Shown piece after piece: positions 39,446-53,440 of a stretch of DNA of 64,000 bases. Made by a program: the position numbers and the translations under genes. Below the pieces are notes generated by a model that saw only the letters and a list, made by a program, of their open reading frames with translations, was not told where the DNA came from and did not search any database. Numbering within the stretch: the first letter of the stretch is position 1; each line of letters starts with the position of its first letter. The stretch covers positions 63,922,001 through 63,986,000 of the forward strand of contig NC_134472.1 of NCBI RefSeq assembly GCF_964194025.1, read 5' to 3'. Source of the DNA: Convolutriloba macropyga. Taxonomy: Eukaryota.

Positions 39446-39815
39446 GAATTGCTCTTGAACGACAGGCGAATCAATTTAATTCAGGGGCTGTAGCCTAGAT
39501 AAACTTTTCTTTATGGGTGCAAAAAACCTTTCCCGCCGGGATTCGATACACTGACCTCCCGATTTACATCCACACGCACTAACCACTGCGCTACGAATCA
39601 CTTATCTCTGCTATTCTGTAACCGATTTAATATTAGCAACACGCTTTACTTCGGAGCAATAGAGATAACTCAAAAATGAACAACGAAAGCGTGAAAAAGT
39701 CACTTCAGAAGTCAACGAATGTTCTAGAAGAAAAGCGCAAAATTGTCAAGCGAAAAATTTGCATAAAAAGACACGTTTGCAATAATTGCTCTGAACTTCG
39801 TTCAAGAGCAATTAA
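39446..39815 (-). mobile_element. HINE-A copy carrying a tRNA-like cassette
   Basis: subTIRs gaattgctcttgaacga / ttcgttcaagagcaatt; tRNA-like segment at 39527-39598. Confidence 0.7.
39527..39598 (-). pseudogene. tRNA-derived sequence (Tyr-like, GTA at the anticodon position) inside HINE-A
   Basis: Minus strand: A box TAGCGCAGTGG, gaTGTAAAtc loop, degenerate B box GTATCGAATCC, then T6. Confidence 0.55.
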
Positions 39816-40530
39816 TAATTTCAACGCAATTAGAACCTCTGCCATAAACAAAATTATTGCTACGACTGTGCAACTTCAAAAACTGAAAACAATACCACTG
39901 GTGGTACACGCCTCTTAAACTTAAAAGACTGGCAAGCTGTTGGCTTCGCAAGTAGCTAGATTTGCATAAGGGAGGCTAACTTAAGCTTAACTTACAGAAG
40001 AAAAAGTAGAAAAAGAGGTTGCATTTGTGGGCTTAATTGGAGCGAAAGGGGGGGGGGGGGTCGCATTTGGGGGGAGTCGAACTTGCATGGTCAAGGGTGC
40101 TTTAAAAAGCTGCTTTTGCAATAAATATTAGCGATACTGTATCGAGGGATAAAACATAACCAAATAATATCGGGCTAATTTTGCTCCGATGAGTGGTTGG
40201 CTTTGGTACTAGCCAACTGGGGCTTAGGGATGCTAGCTAGCAATATGGGGGAGGGGAGATGGGGTCTCAGGGGTTCAAACACCAAGAACCGCCCCTTAAC
40301 ACAATGAATTTAAGTCACCTCAATAGCTTCGGTCGATCGCATACTTAGAGACGATTAAGCCGAAAGGTTCCAAAAAAACTTAACGCCTCCGAGTCTTTAT
40401 CTGTTTGTCCCGTTTCTGAGAAAGAAAAGTCAAAGGCGTCCGACGAAAAAATGATCAAGCAAATAATCGGATTAAAAAAACAGGACTGATATAATTGCTA
40501 AAATTTCCCTAGAGAGTAATTAAATAACAA

Positions 40531-41062
40531 AAACATAGCCGGAAAATTGTCAGGAAAAAACCGCCGTTGACCCGCTTGATGCATATCGGGATTGCAACAG
40601 AAAAAGAATAATAAGAGATAGAAAATGATCGAAATTTTCTAAGTGTCAAAATGTTCTTATTTGGTGTGTAAATTCTGCACATTTGGTAAAATTTGCACTT
40701 AAATACACTTAATTCAGCTTCTAAACTGACGGCTATTAAGCAGAATATTAATGCCAGCTAGCAACCGCTTTAAGGAAATTTGATAATGTAATGAATTATG
40801 ATTTAATGACCAGGCTTTAAAGGTTTATCTCCTTTCTTTTGATTTTGCTCTTTTGACTTTGACCTAATTCACAAAATTACTTAATTCAAAACAAAAGAAA
40901 TTAAAATCTATTCAGTTGAAACACCGAGTGAAGTAAAACAGAAGTCAATCGTGAAAACCGTGACTTATGTAAAAGAAAAAACGTGATCAAAAGGTAAAGC
41001 AAATTTTAAAAAGGAGAGCGCCTAAATAATAGCCGTTGAGAGGCTGACGGCGGCTACTAATT
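40531..41062 (-). mobile_element. HINE-B copy (second Helentron-like family)
   Basis: Left aaacatagccgg..ttgtcagg hairpin; right end ataatagccg...cggcggctact; interior similar to 60880-61310. Confidence 0.55.
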
Positions 41063-41479
41063 AGACACGGAAACAAAACTTTTAACTTCAACTTTGTGTT
41101 CCATTGCAAGCTTACAATATTTTTAAAAAAAGCCAACGAACTTCTCACTTGAGACCAACTGAAAAGCAGCGATTGAGCAGTGGAGAAAGGACCACGGTAG
41201 AAAATAACAGAAAGCTGCAATTTGCAGTCAGCTTTCAAGAAGGAGCAAGACAATCATACAATACTCGCACTTCTTGACGAATTAAAGGGAAAAAAACTAA
41301 CAAAATCTTTCCGATTGCATTTCAATTTCACTGCAAGCCTCCAATGTTTTTCAAGAAATAAAAGCACATACACTTAAGCATGTTCAAGAGAGCATCACAA
41401 AAACCATTCTTGCATCGAAAGACATCAGCCGGGATAAAAACAATGATAGAAAAGAACATAACGGGAACAAATGCTGTAC

Positions 41480-41757
41480 CTTAGATAAATTTTTCTTCAT
41501 GGATGCAAATAAATCCTACGATTGAGGAATAAGAATCCCCGACCTCCGGAGTCCTCGATAGAAGTATTTACCATTTGGCCATATCTTTCTTGTCATTTCC
41601 TTTGATACAATCGCATATATTTTAGCTACAAACTTTTTTCAGAGTGAGAGCAACTGGGATCATGCAAAAATGAAGAATGCAAAAATTTAAGCAAGAAAAG
41701 TACACAAAAGACTGACGTTTACAATAACTGCTTCAAACTTCGTTCGAGAGCAATTAA
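41480..41757 (-). mobile_element. Partial HINE-A copy with a degenerate tRNA-like cassette
   Basis: ttagataaatttttcttcatggatgcaaa block; minus-strand TGGCCAAATGG A box; right end ttcgttcgagagcaatt. Confidence 0.55.
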
Positions 41758-43074
41758 CATCACTATACCAGGCAACTAAGATTGATAAGTGTAAATACCT
41801 GGTAACTGAAACTGAGCTTTATGGGTTTAACCCATTTCTAATTTTTGGTTTATCTGATTTGTTACTGAGTTCTTTTTTCGATTCTGACTTTGTTCATTTT
41901 AGATTCCTCTGCTGAGCAACTACTGCTTAATAGCAATGCAGCACTTTAGGCATAACAAAAGAGCAGTAAAACTAGCCTCGAGAACTCAAATAGACGTCAA
42001 GCAAAATATCAAAAAGCGGCAAAATGGGGTTAACACAAAACAAATTTCCGTTTGACGAAGTGAAAAAAAGTAGGAGCGCGATAATAGCGGGCTGAGAGGG
42101 TGGCCATCACGTTAGATGAGCTGGCACTCAGAATTCATATGATAACATGAACGTAAAATTGCAACAATCCGCTTTGAAAATTGAAGTGGCATCCAATTTT
42201 TTATTAACGAAAGCCGATATAATATTTCTAAGTATTTACAGTTTTGATTAAATCTTTTTGTGTACTTCCATGATTTGAGTTATGGCTGCTGTTGTCGTTA
42301 ATTATCTTTTACTGGCCCCGGTGCTATGTTCGAATTGTATTTCAGTCAATTCATTTAGTCAACGAAAGGGGGGAAATGTTGGTTTTTGGAAAACTGTTTG
42401 CCAGGATGTTGAATACTTAAGAAACTCAGTTGAAGATGGCTTTCCTTCTTTCTGTGGTCTTTTAACTGTCATCAAGGATCTCTTCATATAAGAGTTTGGG
42501 AAGTTTAGTGCAGGGTGACTCAGAATCCCCTTGCTGTAAGCACCGACTAGCTTACAAGAATTGTTTGATAATAGTGAATTGACACACTTTGGTTTCGGCA
42601 GTAAAACAGTCAAGGAAAAATATGAGAAAAAGTTAGGAATCAAATCATGCTCAGAAGCGAAATCATAAAAGCAAAATAACATTAAAACTTGCGCTTTAGC
42701 AGACTCAATTGAGATTTTTTAATTGAAAAAAAAACTCGCCAAAAATCATCAAACCTAGCCGGCAGATTGCCGGAATAGCTGCGAAAGAATAGACACGCGT
42801 GCCGTATAATAGAGATAGAACCAGAGACAGATCTAAATTATAAAAATCGACGCCCCTCAAAAAGCTAGGTACACAATATTGAGCGATAAATTAATAAAGC
42901 TTGTTAAAATTCATCCCGCAGAAACCTCTGATTAGGGATCTTTACTGCACATATGAGTTCCTTTGACCTTAAGCAAATTCAAATTAAACTTAAATTTTAA
43001 AGAGCAAAAGTCATTTTATTGAGTGAGGTAAGTCACTTGTGACCAAAATCTAATCACGCAAAAAAGAACAAACA

Positions 43075-46000
43075 ATTTTTTCTCACTCTACTTCAAAATT
43101 AGACTAAAAAGATTTCACGCCGCAAAACCACTCGCTTTTTCGCTCCACTTCCCGTTTCAAAATCACTACTCCAACTTGACTTCAAAAATCATGAAAATGT
43201 GTGAACAGATCTTTAAAAAAAGACAGCGCCCCAATACAATTCAAATTCTTTGAATTGTAAACAAAACCAAGAGCACCGCAATATAGCTCCGCTCAGCTTA
43301 CAGCTCTAAACAAAAGTCTTGATTGTTTTATTAAGTATTTTGGGCCAATTTTGTTACTCACCAAGATAATAGAAGAAATTATAGTATTAAGAGTTAGTAG
43401 TAACCCTTGTAAACATTGACGTGAAAAGGAAAGTTAAGTAATGGGCTTTAAAAACTCTATAAACGCTATATCACTTTATCCTTAATTTTATTTACCTTCA
43501 ATGGCTCTGCTGAGCAACTGTTTCTTACAAACGCCTTGAGCCAGTTAAGAGAAGAGCGCATCTGGTCAATAGTTGCTGAAAATTTTCACTTAAACTAGTG
43601 CCAAAAGGTTAAGTAATAGATAAGTAATAGATTAAGTAATAGAGAAAGTGTTATATTTGCAAAGTATAAAAAAACAAGAGCGAACTAATATACGAATGAA
43701 TAGCTGACGCGGTCAACAATAAATGAAGTAACATCTCAAAAAGAGAGAATCCTCTGAGTAATAAGCATCCAGCATTTATACATCGCAAAAAAGAACGGAA
43801 AGTAATCGAAACGTTTGAAATACAAAACATACCCGGCAGATTGCCGGCAAGTAGCCGCCGTTGATTCCCATAACTCTATTGGGATTGAAAGAAAAGAAAA
43901 TATCAACAAAAACTGATTTTTGTAAATAAACATTTTTAAGTGTGACTTATTTTGATGTCATTTCGTAATTGCACATACTCCTGTCTCTCACTGAGAGGCT
44001 ACAGGATCTAGTATCAATACCAATAAGCATCATAGATAGTAACTAAAACTTATGAGAACAAAGTTCAAGTACCGGGCATCTAAAAATGGGCTTTATGGGT
44101 ATATCCCGTTTCTATTTCTGACTTTGATTTTTTTTAATACTGATTTTCTTCATTTTGAATAGCTTTGCTAAGCAGTGGCTGTTTAAAAGGACGTTGAGCA
44201 GAATGACAGAAGAGTGCAACCAGCCTAGAGAAGTCAATAAGATTTCATGCAAAATTTCGAAAAAGCGGCAAAATGGGTAAAGCGAAAAAGTTCGACGAAG
44301 TGAAAAAAACATAGCAGGACAAGTCTTGACCTACAATTCAAAGAAATTTCATTGACTAAACAGAAAACTAGACCTAGAACGGTCTATGAATGGATTGGGA
44401 AAACCATTTAGAAAAAAATCCAATCCAAAAAATCGAAAAACAGTAAAAATCAAAGTGAAATTGCCGCATGTGAACAAAACCACTAGCGAGAAAGCGATTT
44501 TTTGTTCAAACACCGTTTTCTCACTCTACTTTAAATTTAGAGCAAAAAAATTTCATGCCGCAACACCACTCGCTTTTTCGCTCCACTTCCTGTTTCGGCG
44601 TGACCAAAATCACTACTCCAATTTGACTTCAAAAATCATGAAAATGTGTGAAAAGATCTTTAAAAAAAGACAGCGCCCCAATACAATTCAAATTCTTTGA
44701 ATTGTAAAAAAAAACAAAGAGCACCGCAATATAGCTCCGCTCAGCTATAAACAAAACTCTTGATTGTTTTAAGTATTAAGTATTTTGGGCCAATTTTGTT
44801 ACTCATCAAGATAATCGAAGAAATTATAGTATTAAGAGTTAGTAGTAACCCTTGTAAACAGTGACGAGAAAAGCAAAGTTAAGTAATGGGCTTTAAAAGC
44901 TCTATAAACGCTATATCACTTTATCCTTAATTTTATTTACCTTCGATGGCTCTGCTGAGCAACTGTTTCTTACAAACGCCTTGAGCCAGTTAGGAGAAGA
45001 GCGCATCTGGTCAATAGTTGCTGAAAATTTCCACTTAAACTAGTGCCAAAAGGTTAAGTAAAAGATAAGTAATAGATTAAGTAATAGAGAAAGTGTTACA
45101 TTTGCAAAGTATAAAAAACAAGAGCGAACTAATATACGAATGAATAGCTGACGCGGTCAACAATTAATGAAGTAACATCAAAAAGAGAGAATCCTCTGAG
45201 TAATAAGCATCCAGCATTTATACATCGCAAAAAAGAACCGAAAGTAATCGAAACGTTTGAAATACAAAACATACCCGGCAGATTGTCGCCAAATAGCCGC
45301 CGTTGATTCCCATAACTCTATTGGGATTGAAAGAAAAGAAAATATCAACAAACTGATTTTTGTGAATGAACATTTTTAAGTGCGACTTAATTAGATGTCA
45401 TTTCGTAATTGAACATACTCCTGTCTCTTACTGAGAGGCTACAGGATCTAGTATCAATACCAATAAGCATAGATAGTAACTAAAACTTATGAGAACAAAG
45501 TTCAAGTACCGGGCATCTAAAATGGGCGTTATGGGTATATCCCGTTTCTATTTCTGACTTTGATTTTTTAATACTGATTCCCTTCATTTTGAATAGCTTT
45601 GCTAAGCAGTGGCTGTTTAAAAGGACGTTGAGCAGAATGACAGAAGAGTGAAACCAGCCTAGAGAAGTCAAAAAGATTTCACGCAAAATTTCGAAAAAGC
45701 GGCAAAATGGGTAAAGCGAAAAAGTTCGACGAAGTGAAAAAAAAACATAGCAGGACAAGTCTTGACGTACAATTCAAAGAAATTTCATTGACTATACAGA
45801 AAACTAGACCTAGAACGGACTATGAATGGATTGGGAAAACCATTTAGAAAAAAATCCAATCCAAAAAATCGAAAAAAAAACAGTAAAAATCAAAGTGAAA
45901 TTGCCGCATGTGAACAAAACCACTAGCGAGAAAGCGATTTTTTGTTCAAACACCGTTTTCTCACTCTACTTTAAATTTAGAGCGAAAAAATTTTACGCCG

Positions 46001-46105
46001 CAACACCACTCGCTTTTTCGCTCTACTTATTGTTTCGGCGTGACCAAAATCACTACTCCAATTTGACTTCAAAAATCATGAATGTGTGAACAGATCTTAA
46101 AAAAA
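43075..46105. repeat. Tandem duplication, period ~1440 bp, about 2.1 units
   Basis: ttttctcactctactt at ~43077, ~44517 and ~45957; the intervening sequence is nearly identical between units. Confidence 0.92.
43824..44750 (-). mobile_element. HINE-B copy (duplicated at 45265-46105)
   Basis: aaaacataCCCGGCAgatTGCCGG hairpin plus subTIR tagccgc; body shared with 55500-57000 and 59416-60309. Confidence 0.65.
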
Positions 46106-46214
46106 AACATAGCCGGAAGAATTCCGGAAACGACACGAAGGAGAAAAGCGCCCATAATATTGACTACACAACTAACAACTGGAACAACTATTGTGAACCT
46201 TGAACCTCCACAAA

Positions 46215-46935
46215 CGCCATAAAAATAAAGGAATAGAAACGGCATTCAAAAACATTCAACAAAAAACTATAAAAAATAAATGAGTTTTTTTAATAGTACG
46301 AGGAAACATAAAGCCGAATAAGGTTCCTTTGCAATTAGAGCAATGAAAAACAATGGGCAAGTTATAAAAGGGTGTGTAAGACACTTGTGTAAGATTAAAA
46401 AAAGAAAAACTGGAAAAAATGAGAAAAATGGTTTAAAATTTCTGAATTTTTTGGTCATTTTTCCTTAGAAAAAAATGCTTCATACCAACAAAACTTTAGT
46501 CAATTGGTATCTGACAATTCCTTAAGAAACAAGCTTCTATTCAAATCCCACTTAAAGCAGTAAAACAAAAAAAACAAGAAGAATAAAAACGGCATTCAAA
46601 AACAAATTGATTAAAAAAACGGGAAAAACGGGAAATGAGTTTTCTTTAATAGTACAAGGAAACATAAAACCGAGTAACATTTTTTCCAATTAGAGCGATA
46701 AAAAGCTCGCAAAACAATGTGCAAGTCATAAAAGGCTAAGAAACTTGTCGAAGAGTAAGAAAGAAAAAACTGCAAAAAAAATAAAAAAAGGTTTAAAATT
46801 TCTCAATTTTTCTGTCAATTTTCCTCTTTTCCTCAGAAAAAATTAGTTACATCAATAAAACTTTAGCCAGTTGGTAGCTGAATATTCCTTAAGCAACAAA
46901 CTTCTATTCGAATCCCACTTAAAGCATTAAAACAA
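46215..46935. repeat. Diverged ~355-bp tandem duplication
   Basis: aaacggcattcaaaaac...aatcccacttaaagca occurs twice. Confidence 0.75.
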
Positions 46936-47887
46936 AAATCAGGCAAAAAATCATTAAATTTCGTCTAAAAATCAGCAAAACTGATCAAAAGCCTCCAAAT
47001 GAGCATTAAACTCAAAATTAACTACTTGAAACCTTCAATTCCTATCAAAACAAGCCTGAAATTAATACAATATCATAACCAAACCTCATAACCATCAAAA
47101 GTTTTAAAAAAGTGCTTTTAAAAGCCGCATGTGAACAAAAATATTTCGCTCGCTTAGAGAAAAATTTTTCACACATCAATTTCTCGCTCTCTCAAAAACA
47201 GCGGTATGAACAAAAACCACTCTCCGCTCTTCACTTTTGTTCAGCACCAAAATCAATCCAAATTTTTTCACGCGTTTCATTTCCCGTTTCACCCTCCAAT
47301 CAAATTGATTTAAAAAAGGACTTCTTCAATACTCCTCTTCGAGTCGTAATAAAAAGACAGCGCCCCAATACAATTCAAATTCTTTGAATTGTAAAAAAAC
47401 TAAATAGGAGCGCTATAATAGCCGGCTGAGAAGATGAGGCGGCTATTAATAATTATATCTTGTATTATTTTTCCTGAAGACGACTAATTTTAGGACTACG
47501 GAGAATAACAAGAAAACGAGACGAGCAGCCCTTTTGTTAATTAACCATGAAACCGTTATTAGACAACTTAACCCAACTCCAAAAATACCAAGGTCTTTTA
47601 TATGCCCAATTCCAATAAATCTGCGGAAGAGATTCCATAAAGAACCTTCTAAGATACCGCTCTGAAGTTAGCACGAGAAATATTTTGATTTCAGTGGACA
47701 CAATGTAGCATTGAAAAGAAAAACCAAGAGAAGGCCAATAATAGCTCGTTATCGCAACTATCACTAAACTGGAGAGCTCACGAGAAATGCTCTGGTGATA
47801 TCGATGCGAGAAAGCGCTCTGCCATCGTCATGAACGTCAATTTCAGGTTGTTGGAAGTAGGGCAACGAAATAGGATATAAAACAAAC

Positions 47888-48071
47888 CTCCATCTCCCAC
47901 TGGATGATATTGGCTTCAGAGCCTCCACTGGATCCCCCTCCCACAGCTGCAGCAGCCACTCCAGCACCCCCTGCAACTCCAGAGACATCCTGATACGTGC
48001 ATAACAGTAAGAACCTCTCCCTCTGCTCGTAGTCACAGTTGTTGTTGTCCAAGATTTTCCGAATCTCACTC
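47888..48071 (-). CDS. MARK: MARK/Par-1 kinase, KA1 exon ([28 protein letters not shown]...ANIIQWEME)
   Basis: Matches MARK KA1 '[23 protein letters not shown]...QWEME'; acceptor ctcttag|G (phase 2); donor GAG|GTTTGT (phase 0). Confidence 0.96.
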
Positions 48072-51000
48072 CTAAGAGCAAAGACACTTTTGCAAGATGC
48101 ACTTAGAGCATGAACATAGCTGGTAATAATAGATGCAAAGTAGCTTTGCTTTATCGATAGCATTGCAACGGCCAAAGACAAAAATAAATTCCTCAAAACA
48201 CTTTTCGGGAGGTAAATGATGGAAGGCAGGTGAAGGGCGCATGGTGTGTGTGTGTGTGTGTGGGGGGGGGGGGAGGGAGGGGGGGGGGCAGACAGACTAT
48301 GCAATGAAAAAACTATAAGTCGAAAAGGATCAAAACTTCTTTATCTATTGTAAAAACTCTTTCCCAATGAGCTCAATCATTCGAGTCATTATAGCTCGAT
48401 GATTTTCTTAATTCATTCTACATGGGAAACTTTGATAACCATTTTTTGAACGATGGCCATAACAGAAAACATAGTTTCGTCAACATTCAAGAAATACTAA
48501 AAAATCATAAAATTCTTTAAAGACACGGTCAAAATCAAAAAACGACTTCTATGAACTCATGCCACTAATTAAATTCTCTTGTTTCTCATTATCATCCGAT
48601 GAAATCTGTCATTAATGGGGCTAAGTGATAAAACAGCAATAAGCTCAATAAATACTCGCAAAACTCAAATATTCACTAGTTTTTTTTTTAAAAACGAGCC
48701 GCATGTAAGTCAAAGAAAGCAATAGCTATGAATTGAAAAGATTTCAAACAAAAAAACTTTTTTAGAAACCATTAAAAATGGTAAATAATGAGACAAATAT
48801 ATAAGATAATAAGATAATAAACAACGAAAACTCGCAAAACTCAGAAATTCTATTATATTTCTCGAACACAATTGATGTCAAAGTCATGGAAGGCATCAGT
48901 TTTGAACAGAAACAATTTAATCAACTAGAATAACCCCTATTAGCAACCTATGAGGTCTGCTAATAATGACAATAAACAATAAGACAACAAAAAAAATCAA
49001 AAATACAACAAAAAATCAAAAAATAAACGTAGAATTTTTGAGAAAAAATAGCGTCAAAATCATGAACACTAATAAGCTATCAACTCGGAGCATTAATTAA
49101 GTTCTTTTGCGCCTCATTATCAACCAATGAGACCTGACATTTATGATACTTAGTTATAAGACAACAGATTTGAAAGTTGTCAAAATCAATAATTCTTAAA
49201 TGTTTTTTGATTAAAAAAAGTGTTCAGGTCATAAAAAGTTTCAGCTGCCCCTTGATGAATTCTAGAAATTTCAACTAGGCGCAATTAGAACACAAATGTA
49301 TCATACTAAAAGCAATCAAGGAAAAGAAACTCTGAAATCAGAAGTCAAATTGACGCACGTGAAAAAAAAACTGCCTCTCAAAAACTGAAAAAAACTGAAA
49401 AACTGAACACCAATTTCTGACTCCCCTTTAAGGGTAGTTTGGAAAAAATCACTCCTTAAACTTACTCTGATTTGCGCTCCCCTTTAGTGATTCAGCTTGA
49501 CTAAAATCACCACTCTAATTTGACTTCTCACTGACGTGAAAAAGCCGAAAAAAGCGTGAACAGATCTTAAAAAAAAGACAGCACACCAATACAATCCAAA
49601 TCCTTTGGATTGTAAAAACCAAGAGAACCCCAATAATAGCCCTAGCTATCGTTGTGCGGCTATTAAAGAATCTTTTCGGCCAACACTGTTAGCCGTCCCT
49701 GTCTAAACGAGTTTAATGCGTTTTGCATTAGAAGCGACGGTGTCGGGTCACGTTAGCTGCATTGAGCAAACTAATCAGGTGATGTCCTCCTTATAGGCAC
49801 CATTGAACTCATAAGATCAACGGATAACACACACTAATAAGAACCTACATGTTAATAATTGCTCAAAAAGTCTAGAGCTCACGCTATTGAAATGTTACTG
49901 ATAATAACGTCATACCACGTGACAATTACGTTAAAATTATGTAATTTTCATCACACAAAAACTTAACTCTTTTCACTTTCATGCTATTCAGTAATAAAAT
50001 TAAAACTAGCACTTATCGTCTCAGATACTTCGCTTTCAATATTGACCGCCAAACTAAGTTATCAAATCTAAGCCCTGTAGTAAAGATTGCTTACTTCCCT
50101 GAGAACTTCCAGATTCTCATCCGACGAAAACCCGGTCTAATAGAGGTTAGCAATATGGTTTTATATATTTTTTGAAATTGCTACTCTACTTGTCTTTTTT
50201 ATTCGTCAACAACATAAAATGCATCTGATAGTAAATAGTTTCAAAAAATTAAGCTTTTAATAAGAATAAAGTTTTTTATTTAACTTTTTGTTGTGTTCGA
50301 CAAGAAATATCCCCGAAAAAGGAATATCAACTCAGTGCAACTGACAAGAACGAATCTCAAGGGCCCAAATGAGGAATTGAAGTTCTAGTTTGTTTCTGAC
50401 GATTATGACAACGAGCAGGAACGGAAGCCAGAACAAAATTACAATGCTTGGGAGTACGCGTCAATAACTGAGCATTTGTATAGCAATTTGTCGTACAGAA
50501 GAAGAGAACACACTTGACCGAGATCTTGGTAGCAAAGAAACAACAAGACAGTCAGTCTTTTGGATTTCTCAAAAGAAACTGAAGCTGCTGATAATCCAAA
50601 GAAAAAGAAAGAGAGCATCAGTTGAAAAAATACATGGAATCAGCAAAAACGCCCATCTTGCCTTTTTCAATAGTTTACTTCCGTTGGATTACCTTTTAAG
50701 ACCTGTCAAGGAAAATATGCAAAAACGTCGTCAAAACTCTCAGCAACCAGTATACAAGAGAAAGCATATGGTACAGTTAATTGCGAGCTTCAAAGATGAC
50801 TGGAAAAAGACATGAGATGAAAACGAAGAGGAACTTTGTCCTCCAAAGCCAGAGTTTAGACGAGTAGCTGCATCATTTCGGAACCAGTACTAGCAATATC
50901 TGAAATATATCAATAACCTATCAAATTGCTCATATTCATTGCTAAGAACTAATACTATCAAGTTCTGAGCTGATTTCGCTGCTAATTTGCTCTCCAGAAA

Positions 51001-51079
51001 TGCAACTTCGTTATATCTAAATCATCAGAAAAAGAGTTTTTGAACGTAATTCCGAGACAAAATGCTTTTTGTACCTAAA

Positions 51080-51240
51080 TTTTCCTTTTAGTAAGTTTTC
51101 TTTAAAAAAATAATTTTCCTTTTAATAAGTTGTCTTTAAAAAATATTTGTCTTTAAAAAATTTTCCTTTTAATAAGTTGTCTTTAAGAATTTTCCTTCTA
51201 ATAAGTTGTCTTTAAAAAAATATTAAAAAAATAATAAGTT
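51080..51240. repeat. AT-rich minisatellite (ttttccttttaataagttgtctttaaaaaa)
   Basis: About 4 units visible. Confidence 0.7.
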
Positions 51241-51878
51241 GCAAAAAAATATAATTCAAAAGTCTGTAGAAAAATGTTATTTTGGGTATTATCTAACTCT
51301 TCCGGAAAAGCCGTTTTTATTATGTAAAAGTGATACAAATCTAATTATATCTGACTTCCTACTGTAAGTAATTTGCTGTAAAAATATTTTGTATTAAATA
51401 ATTCAACCACAAGTCTTTTTTATGTAATTTTTAAAAAGGTTCTGCAAAATTCTTACAAAAAGGCAAGTTTTTTAAAGCAAATGTTTTTGCAGCTTCTTTT
51501 TGTCACAAAAAATTTCATTGTTTACAAAATTGCAACCTGAAATACCTACTTACCAAAAACTACATTAAAAATGCATTTTTTGGAGCGCCGGGTTGTAAAA
51601 CTAACCTTCAAAGATTTGGAAATCATTGTCGTAAAAAGTCTAATTTTGATATTCCGGTACGAAAAAAATTTTTTTGGAAAAATCAAATTTCAACAAAAAT
51701 GTCTTATATTGTGTAACTTTGGAATTATGTTTTCTGCAAAAACTGTGTTTCATGATTCGTGTCTTGGAAATAAATGATGTGATCAACTTGAAAAACTTAA
51801 AACTCCCCAAAAATGTTCTCTCCTAACATTTAATTATTCTGAAATTGTTAATTCGATTTGAAACATTTTAAAATTTAT

Positions 51879-52297
51879 AACATGACCGACTAAACGTCGC
51901 AAGAATTGCTCTCGAACGACTAATGGGAGTTCTAATCAATTGCAGCCTGATTCAGTCGGAAGAGGGGGGAGGGGGAGCCTAAATGTGACTAAGAAGTTCA
52001 ATAGTGGGCTTTAAATAACCACATTAGAGGTTAACATATACCACTATAAAGATTTAAAGCAAAAAAATGGCACCAGTTTCGCCGCACTTTTCATTTGACT
52101 TTTAGTATTAAATTGCCGCCAATTGAATTCAGCTGCTTGAATTTGTCATTGAGAGAGAATTTTAGATCAGGCGAAACGCAAAAAGTCAAGGGAGTAAAAG
52201 TCACTCGAAAAGTCAAAATTCTCAAGCGAAAATTTTGCATAAAAAACACACACGTTTACAATAATTGCTATGAACTTCGTTCAAGAGCAATTAAAAA
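51879..52297 (-). mobile_element. HINE-A full copy (same subfamily as 63146-63562)
   Basis: Stem-loop CGACtaaacGTCG, both subTIRs, internal sequence closely similar to 63146-63562. Confidence 0.75.
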
Positions 52298-52991
52298 TGA
52301 CCATTTTTAGGTTTTCTTCATGTAACAGAACATAATTTAGCAATATCTAGTTGATCTGAGAAATTTCTAATTTCTGATCTAAGCCTTTTAGTACATTCTA
52401 CTTCTCGAAACACTTCAAAATATCCAACAAATCCAACTAAGTTTTGTTGTTTTAAAGCAGTTTTCCAAAACGCATTATGTAAAAAAACAATTTCAGAACA
52501 ATGAGACGTCGCAAAAGCATTGATTAAGAAAAATGAAACTCAAATTCGTTTCTACGAAGCAGTTCTCCAAAAAACGTTTTATGAAAAATGATTTGGGTAA
52601 AAGCAGAATGTTCAGGATGCTTTGTTCAATTTTTTTTTCCAAAAAAAGTTTCTGTACTAAAACTTAAAAAAAAACACTATTTGCCGATGAGTTAGAGCTA
52701 AAATGTAGATTTCTAAAAGGTAATTTCCAAAAACACATTTTCAACACAATTTTGCACAAAAAGTTCTACACAAAAAGTAAAAGTTTTAGGATACGATTCT
52801 TTAAACAACGACACTTTTGCAAAAAACTAAATAATTATTTATCAAAAAAACGAAAGCTTATTAAAATCATATTGCACCTTTTTAAAGGTAATTACATGAC
52901 AAAATAGATTTTTTACGACAGTTTTCCAAAAAACGCATTATTAAAAAACGAGGTGTTGTGGTAAAAAAAGTGCAAAAAGCATTACAAAAAT

Positions 52992-53440
52992 AAAACATAA
53001 CCGACTAACGTCGGGCGAATTGCTTGCTCTCAAACGACCGGCGAGCGGTTGGCTTGGTCAGTAGCTAGCCACGGGGGGGGGGGTGCACCGGGGGCTGATG
53101 GGGGCAGCACTGGGTGGGGGGGGGGGGGGCAAAAGCGCGGTGGGGGGGGGGGTGGAGCCAATAGTGGGGGTGGGGGGGGGGGGTCAACAAAGGGGGTGTC
53201 AACCTCTAAGAACCGCCCCTCACACCATAAGTATAAGTCTCCAAGACAGTTTGAGCTGAAACAGAACTGAAAGGCTCTAAGAGCACATAATGCCCGCTGG
53301 GCGCTACCTGTTTATCCCGTTTTTGAGGACGAAAAGTCAAAAGCGTCAGACGAAAAATTGGTCAAGCGAAAAATCGCATAAAAAAAGACCGACAGGACTA
53401 ATATAATTGCTACAAACTTCGTTTGAGAGCAATTAAAAAA
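52992..53440 (-). mobile_element. HINE-A full copy with poly-G interior
   Basis: CCGACtaacGTCGG hairpin; ttgctctcaaacga / ttcgtttgagagcaatt subTIRs. Confidence 0.75.

Noticed and set aside
39527-39598. Functional tRNA-Tyr gene
   Set aside because: B box and stems are degenerate and it is embedded in a repeat, so it is reported as tRNA-derived only.
44386-46089. Repeated ~90-100 aa ORFs (KIKVKLPHVNK...)
   Set aside because: Chance ORFs in non-coding HINE-B copies; frames are not conserved among copies.
50330-50900. Possible piggyBac transposase N-terminal remnant on +
   Set aside because: Only a vague acidic W..P.F pattern with many stops; no catalytic motifs seen.
53049-53270. Gly-rich + strand ORF
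   Set aside because: Translation of the poly-G interior of a HINE-A copy.
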